Of a stretch of 64,000 nt of DNA, positions 1 through 15,659 are shown piece after piece. Each line of letters opens with the position of its first letter. The stretch's first letter is position 1. The DNA lies in contig OZ024742.1 in assembly GCA_964016885.1 (NCBI GenBank), positions 279,682,001 to 279,746,000 on the forward strand. The letters run 5' to 3'. Below the pieces are notes generated by a model. That model searched no databases. It was not told the DNA's origin and worked only from the letters and a program-made list of their open reading frames with translations. The position numbers and the translations under genes are program-made. The stretch is from Eledone cirrhosa (Eukaryota).

Positions 1-76
1 TTATTAGAAGCGTACAAACGAAGTCACGTCGATTCTATCACTAATCGCTACAGAGATATGTTAGTTCAACAGGACT

Positions 77-78
<2 letters not shown>

Positions 79-133
<55 letters not shown>

Positions 134-142
134 CTGTGTGTG

Positions 143-209
<67 letters not shown>

Positions 210-268
210 GTGTGTGTGTGTGTCTGTATGTGCGTATGTGTGTATATATATATACATATACATATGTT

Positions 269-300
<32 letters not shown>

Positions 301-333
301 CATTTATACATGGACACAGACACAGTCACAAAG

Positions 334-373
<40 letters not shown>

Positions 374-450
374 ACATATATATACATACGTGTATTCATG
401 CGTTGCGTATATATGCACGCATATATGTATGTATATATATATATGCATAT
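79..450. repeat. Compound (TA)n/(TG)n/(CA)n microsatellite
   Basis: Directly visible dinucleotide runs; they produce the YIYI-type spurious ORFs. Confidence 0.95.
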
Positions 451-723
451 ATTTAGAAAGAAGAAGGTAGATACGTGCGCAATTTGTGATTTTGCGTAAA
501 GTATTAGTGGATCTGTGTAAAGACCCGAGAACAAATATCTTCCATTCAGTTTAATTAATGAAACAATTAATATAATTATGAATCATATGATTCATGACTG
601 TCATATTTTGAAACACTCACGTACATACATACATTCTTATTTACATACATACATGCATCCATACATATACATACAAAGATACAGAGAAACACAACACCCT
701 CATATATATATATATTTAAATTG

Positions 724-755
<32 letters not shown>

Positions 756-763
756 ATATTTAT

Positions 764-1174
<411 letters not shown>

Positions 1175-1978
1175 GTACTAGTCTCTCTCACACACACACA
1201 TACACACAGAGTCTTCCACACATATATAAATGTGTGTGTGTGTGAGAAAATGTGTTTGTTTGTCTATGCTTATGTGTGCGTAAATCTTACTGATGTTTTT
1301 AGAATATTCTACATTAAAATTTTGTTTCCATGCAAACATTAAATGTTTACATAGAATTATTTGGTATTGGCTTTGTGAGTCTCTGGCCTTTTGTTGACAC
1401 ATTTTATGAGAAGAAAATGTATATCCCCACCCCATGTGCCTCTTTCTCTCTTCTCCCCCTTTGTCTTTCGTTCTCTTTCTTTTTCACCCTCTTGACATAA
1501 AACAGTTTAATTGCCATATTCTTTGAAACAATTTAAATTCCAGTGCCTAAATAATGAATGAAATTAAATAGTGTTTACTTCCAATTGTCGTTTCACACCC
1601 TCCCGTCTTTTGATCTCGAAGAAAAAAAAAAGGAAACCACTTGATCTTTTAACATTTAGTTATTTTATTACCTAAATCATCAATTTTCGCGATTTCATAT
1701 ATTTACGGAAACATTTTCCCGCGAAAATTGTTTCTCCTATTTTCGATTGCAGCCATATTACAGTGTGTGTACATCTCTGAACGTGAGCGAGATATATACT
1801 ATATATATATGGCATTCATGTCACAAACACTTCATATAATAACCATCATCACAAATCATTGAATCTAGTATACTTTGTGTTTGAACCTTTTAATACCAAG
1901 CTGTCTGAAACCCCCATGTTTCTAGAAAGCAAAATTATATTTATCTAAAATCCTTCCATTAAATTTTATATAAGAATA

Positions 1979-2165
1979 GGCGGTGGATTGTCAGTATCGG
2001 TAGACGGTCGGACGCCATGCTTTCCAGCATAGTTACGTCCCTTTACGATTTGAGTTCAAATCCCGCCGAGGTTGACTTTGCCTTTCATCCTTACGGGGAC
2101 GATAAAATAAAGTACCAGTAATGAACTGGGTAATTGCTGGCCTTGTGCCTAAAGTAGAAACAATT
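1979..2165 (+). mobile_element. tRNA-derived SINE
   Basis: A-box-like tggattgtcagtatcgg, B-box gagttcaaatcc, central gcctttcatccttacgggg.cgataaaataaagtaccag; many dispersed copies in the window. Confidence 0.85.
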
Positions 2166-2316
2166 AAATTTTATATAAGAATGTATTTTAATTATTGGTC
2201 CAAACACCAGCTTAGCCAGAAAGTGTCTTATATTATTAAAATCCCTCCAAAGGATTAACAATTTTCAAAATATTTTTTTAATTGTCGAATGTATCTTTTA
2301 TTAGAAATATGTTAAT

Positions 2317-2505
2317 AATTGTTTCTACTTTTGGCACAAGGCCAGCAATTATCCTAGTGTATTACTGGCACTTTATTTTATTGACCCCGTAAGGATGAAA
2401 GGCAAAGTTAACCTCGGCGGGATTTGAACTCAGTTCGTAAAGGGACGTAACTTTGCTACAAAGCATGGCGTCTGTCCCTCTACCGATACTGCCAATCCAC
2501 CACCC
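2317..2505 (-). mobile_element. tRNA-derived SINE, tail-to-tail with the 1979-2165 copy
   Basis: Reverse-complement match to 1979-2165 over its full length. Confidence 0.85.
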
Positions 2506-2949
2506 AATTACTGTTAATGATAGGGTTAAATTATAGCTGGGATATACTTTTGCAAGTTTTGCTTAAATCGGTAGATTCACTTTAATTTTATGAACGGGAA
2601 AGATCTCCTTTAATATTTAGTTATTTTGAAGCCGGAATCGTAATTTTGGAAATTGAATATCATTGACATTGCTATAACGTTAAAAACACTAACACCTGAA
2701 GGAAAAGGAAAACAAATCTATTCAAAGGATTTTAACCACATTCCGTGAAGTGATATGTTCGTATTGTTTAATATGCTTCACATTTAAATATAAATGTACT
2801 CCACTAAATTATGTGTATGAGTGTGTGTGTAGGGGGAGGGGCATGTGTGTAAAGATGGATCCTTGTATAGCGATATTTCACTTAAGACGGAAGAAAAGTT
2901 AACTGTGTGAACTAATTATTAAAATATTTATTATAACAATCCGTATAAT

Positions 2950-5273
<2,324 letters not shown>

Positions 5274-5350
5274 AATTTAAAATTTCTCAGAATAACCTCA
5301 GAATAACCTTAAAATAACCTCAGAATTTCTAACCTCAGAATTTCTAACCT

Positions 5351-7632
5351 TTCATCTAATCAGGATGTATTCGATAAAAATGCGACCTTTTATAACGAAG
5401 CTTTAGCTAGAAGCGGCCACAAAAACAAATTAGTATATATACCTTGTACCAATAATACTACAAACATACAACCCAATATTACCAACATACACCAAATGAA
5501 ATATACACACCTAAATGCCACTCACACTATACCCCAAAATACCAACTTAAAACTTAATTTCTCTACCTCTTTTAATATACAATATAATAACTTTCAAAAA
5601 ACCATTCATCCTAATATTCCAACATATGTTAATAACGTTGCTAACAAAATTCCTAATAATCAGGCTAAAACACCTAAATCAGTGAATCTAACTAAAAATA
5701 TGTGTAATAAAATCACTAATACTAATTTTCTTAGTAAACATCAGCATTTATGATATAATAATAAAAAAAACATCATCGAAACCGTAATAGACGAGTTACT
5801 TGGTATAATGCTCCATTTAATCTACAAATTAAAGATAATATACCTAAAAAAAAAAAAAATGTTTACTATCCTAAAGAAAAACTTCCCGCCAAACCATAAA
5901 TACCATCAAATTTAAAATAAATCAACGGTCAAATTCTCCTACTCAACAACCAAAAATATACAACAAAATATAAGTGCCTACAAGGGATATAAATGTAAAA
6001 GAACAATGAATATACCACCAACACATCAAACTAACCATAATACTAAAATAAACCACAGCAAACCACCATCTCATTCACATACAACAAGTTGAGAAAATTC
6101 CACACCTAATTTGACTAACTCCCCTGATATAACATTCACGAAAGGTTGTAACTGTAGAAACAAACAAATTGCCCATTAAAAGGAAATTGCCTTATTAATA
6201 ACATAGTATATAAGTGTAAAATTAGCACTAAGGACTCAACTTATTCATATATAGGAGCTACTTCTATCCAATTTAAAGTAAGATTTAATACCTACAAACA
6301 CAGTTTTTAAAATGTCGCATTAACTAATACAACATCCTTAGCTGAAATAATTAATAATTATAGAAAAAAGAATATCGATTATAACTTGACATGGAGTGTG
6401 CTCAAAAGGGCCACCCCTTATCAAAATAATAGATATGAATGTAGATTATGTTCCCAGGAACTTTTTGAAATAATGAAATCTAAGTATATCCTATTAAATA
6501 AGCAACAAGATTTAATTATATCATGCAATCATAGAATTAGAAAAACTTTCAAATATTATAAACCTAATTAATATACACTTATATTTTACAAATTATTATA
6601 ATAAATTTTTTTTATAATTAGTTAACTTATAATTAATATTCTACTACTAAGAATTGCATAACTTTATTTCCCTTTTACAGCTATCTTTTCCTAAAATGTA
6701 TACCAATAAGTATATATATAAACTAATTTAATTTCCTGTTATGAATCTAAATTCCTTGTAATCTATATAAGTTTGTTATTTCTCACTAATACATTTATCC
6801 CCCCCACCTCCAAAAAAAAATCTTTTTCCTTCGTTTTTATCAACATTCTTTAATAACATCTAACTCTTATTTATCATATCTATATGAATTAATATGAATT
6901 TATCCCTATAAATATACCTATCAATTAAATTAATTTAATTTCTTTTTATAGATCTAAATTCCTTATGTTTTAAACAAGATTGATATTTTTCACTAACACA
7001 TTTATAGTAAAATTGTATTCTCCTTAGATTTTAACATTAGCATTATTCTTTAATAACATCACATTTTCGTGTACCTTTCACCGGCTTGACCTATTTTCAT
7101 ACCCAAAGTAATCTTTTCATTCAAAACATAAGTCACAATTCCTCTACCCCTAAATTTCTACTACTACTATTCTATCAACTTGATCTCTTACTACTTTTCT
7201 ATTGGTCAATTCAAAACCTGTTCCAAACAGGCCTATTATATTAAATCTTTGTTGTTTTTTTTCAATAAACAAATATCATTATATCTGAAGACAGCATATA
7301 TATGTGTAGTAATGTATATTCCCTCTGATAGTTTGTAAACATTTTACATAGATACATATGATATACATACATATATATACATATAGATATACATATATAT
7401 ACATATAGATATACATATATATCCTAGAAACGATCTTAAAATTATGAATTTTTTAATATAAGGAACTATTTCTTTGTTTTTATTCATTATTTTGATTAAT
7501 TTATCTTGACTCTGTTTTCCTGTGTTTTTCATCGAAAAAAACTTTGAAAACATCTCTTTTCATGATATTTGGATTAAATTGAGTTCTTCATACGGATATG
7601 ACACTACCGTATATTTTGATAGATTTATCTAC

Positions 7633-7635
<3 letters not shown>
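5351..7635 (+). mobile_element. 5'-truncated Penelope-like element (RT thumb end, linker, GIY-YIG, 3' UTR), disrupted
   Basis: SSNQDVFDKNATFYNEALARSGH at ~5352, WYNAPF motif, CNCR..CP, and CRLCSQE..LLNK..SCNHR in ORF 6386-6571; ends at (TA)n. Confidence 0.9.
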
Positions 7636-7691
<56 letters not shown>

Positions 7692-7759
7692 CAAGGTTTA
7701 GCAAATAAGAAAAAGTTTCAAAATAAATTTTAAAAAATTAACTTTACTCACTATGGTTA

Positions 7760-7843
7760 CATTTACCGAATCGCTTTCGAGTTTCAAAAATAGATGGAGA
7801 GTCCTTACAGCATCCATTGCAAAGAAAAACTCTCGTCAGAAGG
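7760..7843 (-). ncRNA. Type I hammerhead ribozyme (family A)
   Basis: Reverse complement reads cctt-CTGACGA-gagt...actc-GAAA-gcgattcgg-TA-aatg. Confidence 0.7.
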
Positions 7844-8242
7844 ATCTTTTCACTCGGAGAATATAAAATTCCCGAGTTCAAATTACGAACTGGCGCTATT
7901 CAAAATTGTTCCCGAGATGAGAGTAAATGATGTGGGACCAATTCCTTCAAGTGCCGTGTATAAAGATAGAAGCAAAGGCAGGGAGGTCAGTCTTATACCA
8001 CTATAACTAGCAGCAGTGAGAACGACCACATTTTTTTCTCGACCAAGAGGAGAATAATAATAAAGTATATATCCCTACACGCACAAAGCGCATAGGGACA
8101 CATGTATTGTCCAACCATATGTCAATGTGGTTCAATGGCAGGTTAATAAATTAACGAGCCAGAACATATATAATCAAGGTTTAGCAAATAAGAAAAAGTT
8201 TCAAAATAAATTTAAAAAAATTAAATTTACTCACTATGGTTA

Positions 8243-8326
8243 CCTTTACCGAATCGGTTTCGAGTTTCAAAAATCAATGGACAGTCCTTACGGTATCCAT
8301 TTCAAAGAAACACTCTCGTCAGAAGG
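8243..8326 (-). ncRNA. Type I hammerhead ribozyme (family A), fully canonical copy
   Basis: Reverse complement reads CCTT-CTGACGA-GAGT...ACTC-GAAA-CCG att CGG-TA-AAGG; all three stems pair; GUA cleavage triplet. Confidence 0.85.
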
Positions 8327-8552
8327 ATCTTTTCACTTATAAAATTACTGAGTTCAAATTACGAACTGGCGCTATTCAAAATTGTTCCCGAGATGAGAAT
8401 AAATGATGTTGGAGCAATTCCTTCAAGTTCCGTGTGTAAAAATAGAAGCAAAGGCAGAGAGGTCAGTCTACTACCACTATAACTAGCAGCAGTCAGAACG
8501 ACCAAATTTTTTTTTCGACCAAGAGGAGAATAATAATAAAGTATATATCCCT

Positions 8553-8619
<67 letters not shown>

Positions 8620-8658
8620 TTGATGTTGATTTAGTTATCGATATTGATATTTTGGGTA

Positions 8659-8781
8659 CCCACTGAAGATTTGTAAGATCCCACTTGCATAGGAATCCAT
8701 CGATCTTACGCAAGTTTCTACATAACTTGGTATAATTTCACCCACCATGTAGAAATCTTACAATGAAACGGTTCGTTTGGG
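8659..8781 (+). ncRNA. Type I hammerhead ribozyme with long branched stem II
   Basis: CCCA-CTGAAGA-tTTGTAAGAT...ATCTTACAAt-GAAA-CG gtt CG-TT-TGGG. Confidence 0.75.
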
Positions 8782-9496
8782 AAATGAGATCTTTAATATA
8801 TCTCATACAAAATAATACAGACAATTATCCACACAATACAATTACAATATATTTAGCACGCCAAACGTTTAATAGTTGGGAATATACTCCCCGGTATTTC
8901 TTAATGTTTGTTGAGTGAGTTGGAAATTGGTCGGAGTTACGCTATTAGCTTTCTCCGTTTATGTTATTATATATATATATATAAGTTGTAATAAAATGAA
9001 AACGAAATTTCATTTCTCACTCTTCGTACGGCACTTATATATATATAAACATACTCACACACACCCAAACATCCTTATATTCCTTCACTTCAATTTACGT
9101 TTCATATGTTCTTCAAGGCCGATCACATTTTCAGATAAAAAATCACCGGGAAATTAATTACACATGGTGCAGTCATGCACATTTGCAACAATGAGTCCTT
9201 GTTGCTTTCTTATCATTACTGTATACTTCAGAGGATTATTTCGGAGAGTGCCTGGTAATTGGGAAAGTATCACTGAACATTGAGGAATACAAGGGTAAAG
9301 CTCTTCTGAATGAATCTAATCTCTTGTTTCCTTATCTTTTATTAAACTTTGTTCACGCGACATTCTGTCGAAGGTTTCTTTGGAGGAAATTCGATATGGT
9401 CGCTGTATAACTCTAGTAAAAATACTAGACGTACCTCAGATCATATTCAATCGGCTCAAATAACACAGGACAATATAGGTTTTATATACATACATA

Positions 9497-9586
<90 letters not shown>
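9497..9586. repeat. (TATC)n tetranucleotide microsatellite, insertion site of a Tx1 element
   Basis: Directly visible. Confidence 0.95.
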
Positions 9587-9587
<1 letters not shown>

Positions 9588-9826
9588 ATGTGTGTCATCT
9601 AGCTGTCGTCTGTTCTACAGCGTAGACCTAATTCACTTCGCGCAGAAGTTTTGTTCCAATTTATTGCGGAAATTTTGTAAGTTCAATTTTAATTTTGATA
9701 CTATTGTGTAGCTTGACCCCCCGTCTGAACTGTCAGGCGGTGGGTCAGCTCATCTTCGCCCCTCCCAGGGGTGAAAAACCTGTTTTTAAAAATTTTGTGG
9801 CATAAAATTTCAATCGTCTGACAGAA

Positions 9827-11701
9827 ATGTTAAACGAAGCTAACGAAAATAGTGGTGGGGGGACAGCGGTAAGAGTTGTAAGCTCGCACGCTTTAGTCCC
9901 CCCTTCCTTCCCAACTAACGTCATAGAGAAGGGAAGAAAAAATAAAATAAAAACAGACGAATGTGCGGAGAAAAATGACGAAAACACAAATCTGGAGATT
10001 GATTCCAACAACAACAACAATTTGAACAAATTGCATGACAATATTAATACCACACACAAAGACACAACAAACACAAAAATAATATTTGAAAACAACATCA
10101 TAACAGAAAGCAAAGCAGACGACAAAGTCAACACCAATAATATTTCATTTGCACAAACAACAAAGACATCTTTAACATATATACCTGAAAATATTTCAGA
10201 TGTGGCACAAAGAATAAAAAACGCCAAACAATACATAACTCAAGGGGAAAATGGTACCTTATCGGTAAAATTGCCTCAAGAACTCACCAAAGATATTGAA
10301 AGTCGGACGGTGGTTTTCCGCACCATCAACAACATCTCAAAAAAACCTCAACAGCCAACACAAGCAGAAATTAAAGCAGTACTTACAGAAGTTCTTAATG
10401 AAACCACTTTCATAAGAAGAGACAGACTGTATGGAAGCCTAGCGATTATTATGAAGAACGAATCAGCGGCAAAAAAATATGCCTTGTCGCCAATTCGTTC
10501 GACAAATTTTACCTTTTATCCATCTTATATGGGTAAAAGAACTCAGCGCATATGGCTGGATGCGATGATACCAGATGTGGACTACTGCTAGCTCATAGCT
10601 GGCTTCATCGATCCAGTGAATGACAACGTGATTTCCATTGGGAAAACCACAGGCAATGCGTTCAGTGGAACAGGTATATAACTTGTAGTGCAAATGAAGC
10701 CTGAACGCATTGCCCAAATATCCGAGAGAATCCTATTAGAGGGCCACGGGTATATAAACATTAGCGTGGAGGGGAGAAGGCCGTCCTGTCATATCTGTGC
10801 AGGCAGAGGGCACCTGAAGGCGGCTTGTCCCCAACTCAACAAGAAGAAAACCCTGCTACCAACACCAGCTCCACCACCACCACAACAGATAAACAAACAA
10901 AACTCAGTCCCACCAAACCCGTCCCTCAGTAAAACTACACCACAACACAAACAGACACAACACATTACCCAAAAACAAAACACAGTCACACCCAACCCCT
11001 CACTCAATAAAACATCACAATCACCCCAGTCACAACACACAACACAGTCTAACATAGTGACATCCATCTCCCCCACAAAGAAAACCAACACGGAAACATT
11101 ACCAGCAAACATACCTCTTCCCTCCAACACTGAAGATAACCCAACGAATTCGGAGGAAGAAACGGAGTCCTTCAGACAGATTAAAAGGAAAAAAAGAAAA
11201 CATGTGCAAAACACACAAGGCCAAACAACCCCTACCTAAATGTCAACACAATCCAACAAAACACAAAACACCCCTCCAGCAACAAACAAAACCAAACCTG
11301 CCCCTCCCCTCTTCGAAACACTCACACCATCCGAAAAAAAGACATTACACTATACTTACATCAACAGAAACAATAATAAATTAAATGAACTCATAAACAA
11401 TAACCCTTCGTTACAAACCGAAGGAGTAAACTTTGTTTCTTCAGAAAACTACCCACATTTAAAATTAATAAAGATCCCAATGAACCTCTACCAAAAACTA
11501 AAAAAAAGTTTTAAGGAGGACGTAGGACCACCCTCTGTCAAACCCATAAACCGCCTCCTACTAAAAAGCTTTCCCCCTCCCCTTCCCCTCCCCAACACAA
11601 CTTCAAACACTCCAACCACACCACCACAAGACATCCCTTCACCGAACACCCCCGACCCCATGGAAGTAGTGCGATCCGAACCCCGGGAAGCAGAAAGGTA
11701 G
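9827..11701 (+). pseudogene. Tx1 ORF1 (gag-like) with three in-frame stops
   Basis: ORFs 9827, 10688 and 11240 share one frame; stops at 10589, 10679 and 11237; CHICAGRGHLKAAC zinc knuckle. Confidence 0.85.
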
Positions 11702-11734
11702 GTCTCTACATTCTCCTTTGGCTTTGCCGCCCAC

Positions 11735-14700
11735 ATGGATGTGTTAAGAGTAGGATGTTTGAATGCACGTGGCCTGGGCTCAACTTGGAAGCAAGCAAAG
11801 CTTCTAAATGACCTCAGGTCACGTGGTATAAATGTAATGGTTATCTGCGAGATTCGAATCAGCGTCGTGCGGCAGCTGGCCCCTACCTTCGATGACTTTG
11901 AGGTGCATGCATCTCTCTGTCAACCTGGAGGTGGGGTGGGGTTGTCGTACTGCTGGAAAAACACCTGGGTCTCGCCGTACAGGTTGTTCACTCGGACCCG
12001 GAAGGTCGTTTGTTGGTGCTAGACGTTGGCAGTAGTGAAGGTGCGGCCTTGAGACTGGTCGCCGTCTACTCCCCTTTCGGAGTTGAACGACCCGATTTCT
12101 TCCAGCGTCTGGAGACTTTTCTCGGAACGTTGCGTTCCCTGCTTCTAGCGGGGGATTGGAATGACATCCTAGATGCAGGAGGATGTCCTAATAGAGCGGG
12201 GTGTAACAGCCTCAAGAGGTTACTCGACCGTTTTAACTTGGTCGATAGATATTGACTAGATTTTCAAACTGTGCCAACCTGGACTTGGAGAAACCACAGT
12301 GGTCAATCTAGATCGTACTAAGATAGATTCTTAGTTAGAAGTAAGGATAGGGACATATTAAGCTGTCTAGAAATGCTCACGGTTCGCTATACAGATCACA
12401 AATTAGTGACCTGCGTAGTCAATCTCGAGAAAACACATAGACAGGGTCCCGGTTACTGGAAACTTAATTTGTCTTTACCGGCAAAAGAGACTTACAGAAA
12501 CCGGATTAGCAGATTAGTTAAGGAGAGGTTGACGGGTGCAATCGTCAACAACCGATTGTGGGCATCTCTCAAAAGAGAGATTAGAACAGAATCAATAAGT
12601 TATAGCAAGATGTTAGCTGCCGATAGGAATAGGAACGAGAAAGAATTAACAGGTAAATTAGAAGAGGCAATCAAGAGCCAACATGTGGCCAGAGTGCTGG
12701 CATCGAGGACGGCGTTGAGCCAGTTTTTCGATGCAAAGCACGAAGGCTGCGTCATTCGAAGTAAAATACGTGCTCTAGGTAATGAGGGGGCCAAAGCCGT
12801 TGGCTGGGCCCGCGTGACAGAAGCTAAGAGTGGAAATCGATCCACCATCCGGTCTTTGCAAGACGAGGATGGACGGGTGATCCGGGAGCCTAAGCAGATG
12901 TGCGAGGCCTTTCAAAGGCACTTTGCCCGATTGTTCGGGGGAGGCGAGGGTCCGGGCGGCAACGTGGATTTCGGTCCATACCTCGACGGCCTGCCGCGTC
13001 TCTGGAGCAAAGAGTCCTGCGAGAGACCAATCTCGGCTGATGAGATCGGGGATGCGCTGAGCCAATGCAGCAGACGCAAATCTCCAGGTCTCGATGGTAT
13101 ACCTTACGAACTTTATTTAGCAATGCCGGTCTTCTTCTCCGAACTCCTCGAAGCAGTCTACTGCAATTGGCAGCAGAACGGGAGATTTCCTTGTTCTGTA
13201 GCCAAGGGCGTAGTCTCGCTGGTGAGGAAGGACGAGAACAAGGGGGATAGTACACATAATTTTCGGCCCATAACCCTGCTAAACACAGAGTTAAAGATTT
13301 TGGCCAAGGTGTTAGCAAAGAGGTTGGCGCTTGTCGTGGGTGGCCTGGTGGGAGATGCGCAGACATGTGCTATCCCATCCAGGTCCATTCACGACAACCT
13401 CCACCTCATGGGATACATCATAGAGAGGGTTCTCAACAATCCCGGCTTCGGTGGGGCCCTAATCAACTTGGATCAGTCTAAGGCGTTCGATAGGGTCGAC
13501 CATGGTTACCTGGATGCGGTGCTAGCGGCGGCTGGGTTCGGTCCTGTTTTCAGAGGCTGGATCACTGCCTTACATAGCAACCACATCTGTTCTAGGATCA
13601 AGGTGAACGGCTACCTTTCGAAGCCGTTCGAAATCACACGATCCATTCGACAGGGGTGCCCTCTCTCCTCCCTTCTGTACGTATTGACTCTCGACCCTTT
13701 ACTGAGGAAGTTGGAGTTGTTGCAGGGTATCCCCCTGGAACCAGGATTGAGCAAAGCGGTGTCGGCCTACGCCGATGACGTAACAGTAATGGTATCGACC
13801 GACTCGGAGATCGAGGCGATCGGTACCTTACTGGAGGAATACGAAAGGTTGTCAGGAGCGAAACTGAACCGGGAAAAATCCATCGGGCTGCAACTCGGAA
13901 CGTGGAGAGGCAGACCGATGCCTCCCGACGGTGTCGTCGGACACTGGACGGAGGGCCCGGTGAAGTTGCTCCAGGTGGAAAAGAACTGGGGTGAGGTTAC
14001 GAACAAGGTGTTTGCACTAACCCAGAAATGGGCCAAGTGTAAGCTGTCCCTAAAAGGTCGGGCAGAGGTGGCAAACATTTACATAGCGTCCGTCACTTAC
14101 TACCGCCTGACTTTCGTGCCTTGCCCTAAGGAAACACTCACCACCATGGAACGCATGCTCTTTCAATTTCTTTGGAAGAAGCGCCCTCCTATGGTGAGAA
14201 GATCCATCTGCTGCCAATAACCTTCGAAAGTAGGGCTGGGGATGCCCTGGATGATGATGCGTAGGCACGCATTAAGGCTACGGCACCTACAGGTATTCCT
14301 CACTGGTCAACTGGTGTGGGCTCCGTTCGTGAAACGAGCCTTTCCGAGACACGTCTCGCTCACCGAGCTGCAGTCCTGGGTCAAGCAAATATCCGGAAAA
14401 CTGGGAGACTGGCACACTGAGTGTGCCCAGGCGCTCAGGGCTCTCTGGCAAGCGGACGCGGCCATCGGTGGAGAATCCACCTCGTCATTCTATAGAGGGC
14501 TGGTGTCTAGCAGGGGCGATGACACCCTTGGAGAGTCGCTGGGCATGGAAGAGGACGAGTTGGCCAGCCTGATCGGTAGGACTTTCGGCCCAGAACCAAT
14601 GGACAACTTCCAGAAGTCACTAGCCTGGCAGTGCTACCTATCTACCCGTTCGAGAAAAGCTATACAGACACGGGCGCCCGGGCAGGGATCCCTCGAAAAA

Positions 14701-15124
14701 GATTTGCCCTAGATGCGTGCTTCACGAAGAAACCGTTGCGCACGCATTGGTGTAATGTCCGGGCGTGGCTGATCTGTGGGGCTACGCCGAACGACTGCTG
14801 TCGCGGGTGGCGCCGATTCGATTGGGCGCCGACTCCGTGATGACAATCAAGCCGCCTCCCCTCTTCACAAAGGAAGCAAAGGCGGTTTTTCTGTGCGTAA
14901 TAGCCATGTTGAAAGCGGTTGTTTGGTGGGCACGATTGAAAGGTCTGAGGTCAGGCAACTTCCTCTCTGGCCATAGTCTGGTCTACTTCCGATATCACTT
15001 CGGAAGAAGGATAAGAATGGAGAGAGAGAGGTGCTTGGCCACAGGCAGCTTTATGAAAGGTGGGTGATAGTGGCGAGCATTGCTCGTGTAAATGGGCCTT
15101 CTCTGTATACCATCCTGTCGGTAA
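11735..15124 (+). pseudogene. Tx1 ORF2 (APE endonuclease plus reverse transcriptase), frameshifted
   Basis: LNARGL, AGDWN, TDHK, YWKLN, SPGLDG, FRPITLLN, LDQSKAFDRV, RQGCPLS, YADD. Confidence 0.93.
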
Positions 15125-15367
15125 AGAAGTGAAGGAGAGGGGAGCACCTCCTCCATGTGCTCCCCGGGCAAAGGATTGCGCACTTTTTCGGGGGTGTGTG
15201 CAACCCCCATCACGTCCCCTCCCTTTTGAGGTTGTTTTCGATTATTTTCATTTTATACCCTTTTTACTCGGTTTTATGTAAACTCCCCCTTTGTATGTGT
15301 CCCTTCTTTTTTTTGCCTTTATGGTAAATAAAGAAATATATCTATCTATATGTGTGTGTATGTGTGT

Positions 15368-15480
15368 GTAGATCTAGCTGTCAAAACGGCCGGAGCTCAG
15401 CCGTCGGGGTCCTGACTCTTTTCCTATTACTCCCACTCTACTACCCTAAGTATTGCGTACTCTGGTGCGTTATTTTCCAC
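15368..15480 (-). repeat. Unclassified dispersed repeat terminus (also at 41730-41880, 52421-52530, 52572-52730)
   Basis: Shared cctattac(t)cccactctactaccctaagtattg.gtactctggtgcgttat; always abuts (TA)n. Strand is arbitrary, relative to the 41730 copy. Confidence 0.75.
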
Positions 15481-15627
15481 TATATATATATATATATATA
15501 TAGGTAGTGTAACGTGCAGTTCACCCGAGTGAGCACTCGATGCGTAGTTTCCCGTCTCTAAAGAAGTGTAGAGTGTACATATAATAAAAAAAGAACGATT
15601 TGTTATGTCTTCCTTACATTTATATAG

Positions 15628-15659
15628 TAGTGACGCGCGTTTCGCTATGGATCAGCTCA
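15628..15659 (-). ncRNA. Truncated hammerhead remnant
   Basis: Reverse complement reads TGA-GCT gatccat AGC-GAAA-CGCGCG-TC-acta; the CTGA and the 5' strand of stem I are missing. Confidence 0.45.

Larger units (their letters stand above)
7688..8555 (-). mobile_element. Tandem of family A HHR units (period 483 bp, ~1.8 copies)
   Basis: taatcaaggtttagcaaataagaaaaag starts at 7688 and 8171; one HHR per unit; (TA)n on both sides. Confidence 0.8.
9596..15336 (+). mobile_element. Full-length but disrupted Tx1/L1-group non-LTR retrotransposon
   Basis: ORF1 with CCHC knuckle, ORF2 with APE and RT, 3' end aataaagaaa; 19-bp TSD TATCTATCTATATGTGTGT at 9577-9595 and 15339-15357. Confidence 0.92.

Noticed and set aside
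1979-2065. Functional tRNA gene
   Set aside because: The A and B boxes belong to a multi-copy SINE head; no full cloverleaf or terminator.
7280-7355. CTGAAGA in the 3' UTR of the palindromic PLE (mirror near 3885)
   Set aside because: No GAAA at the expected position and no convincing stems in either copy; at best a heavily decayed HHR.
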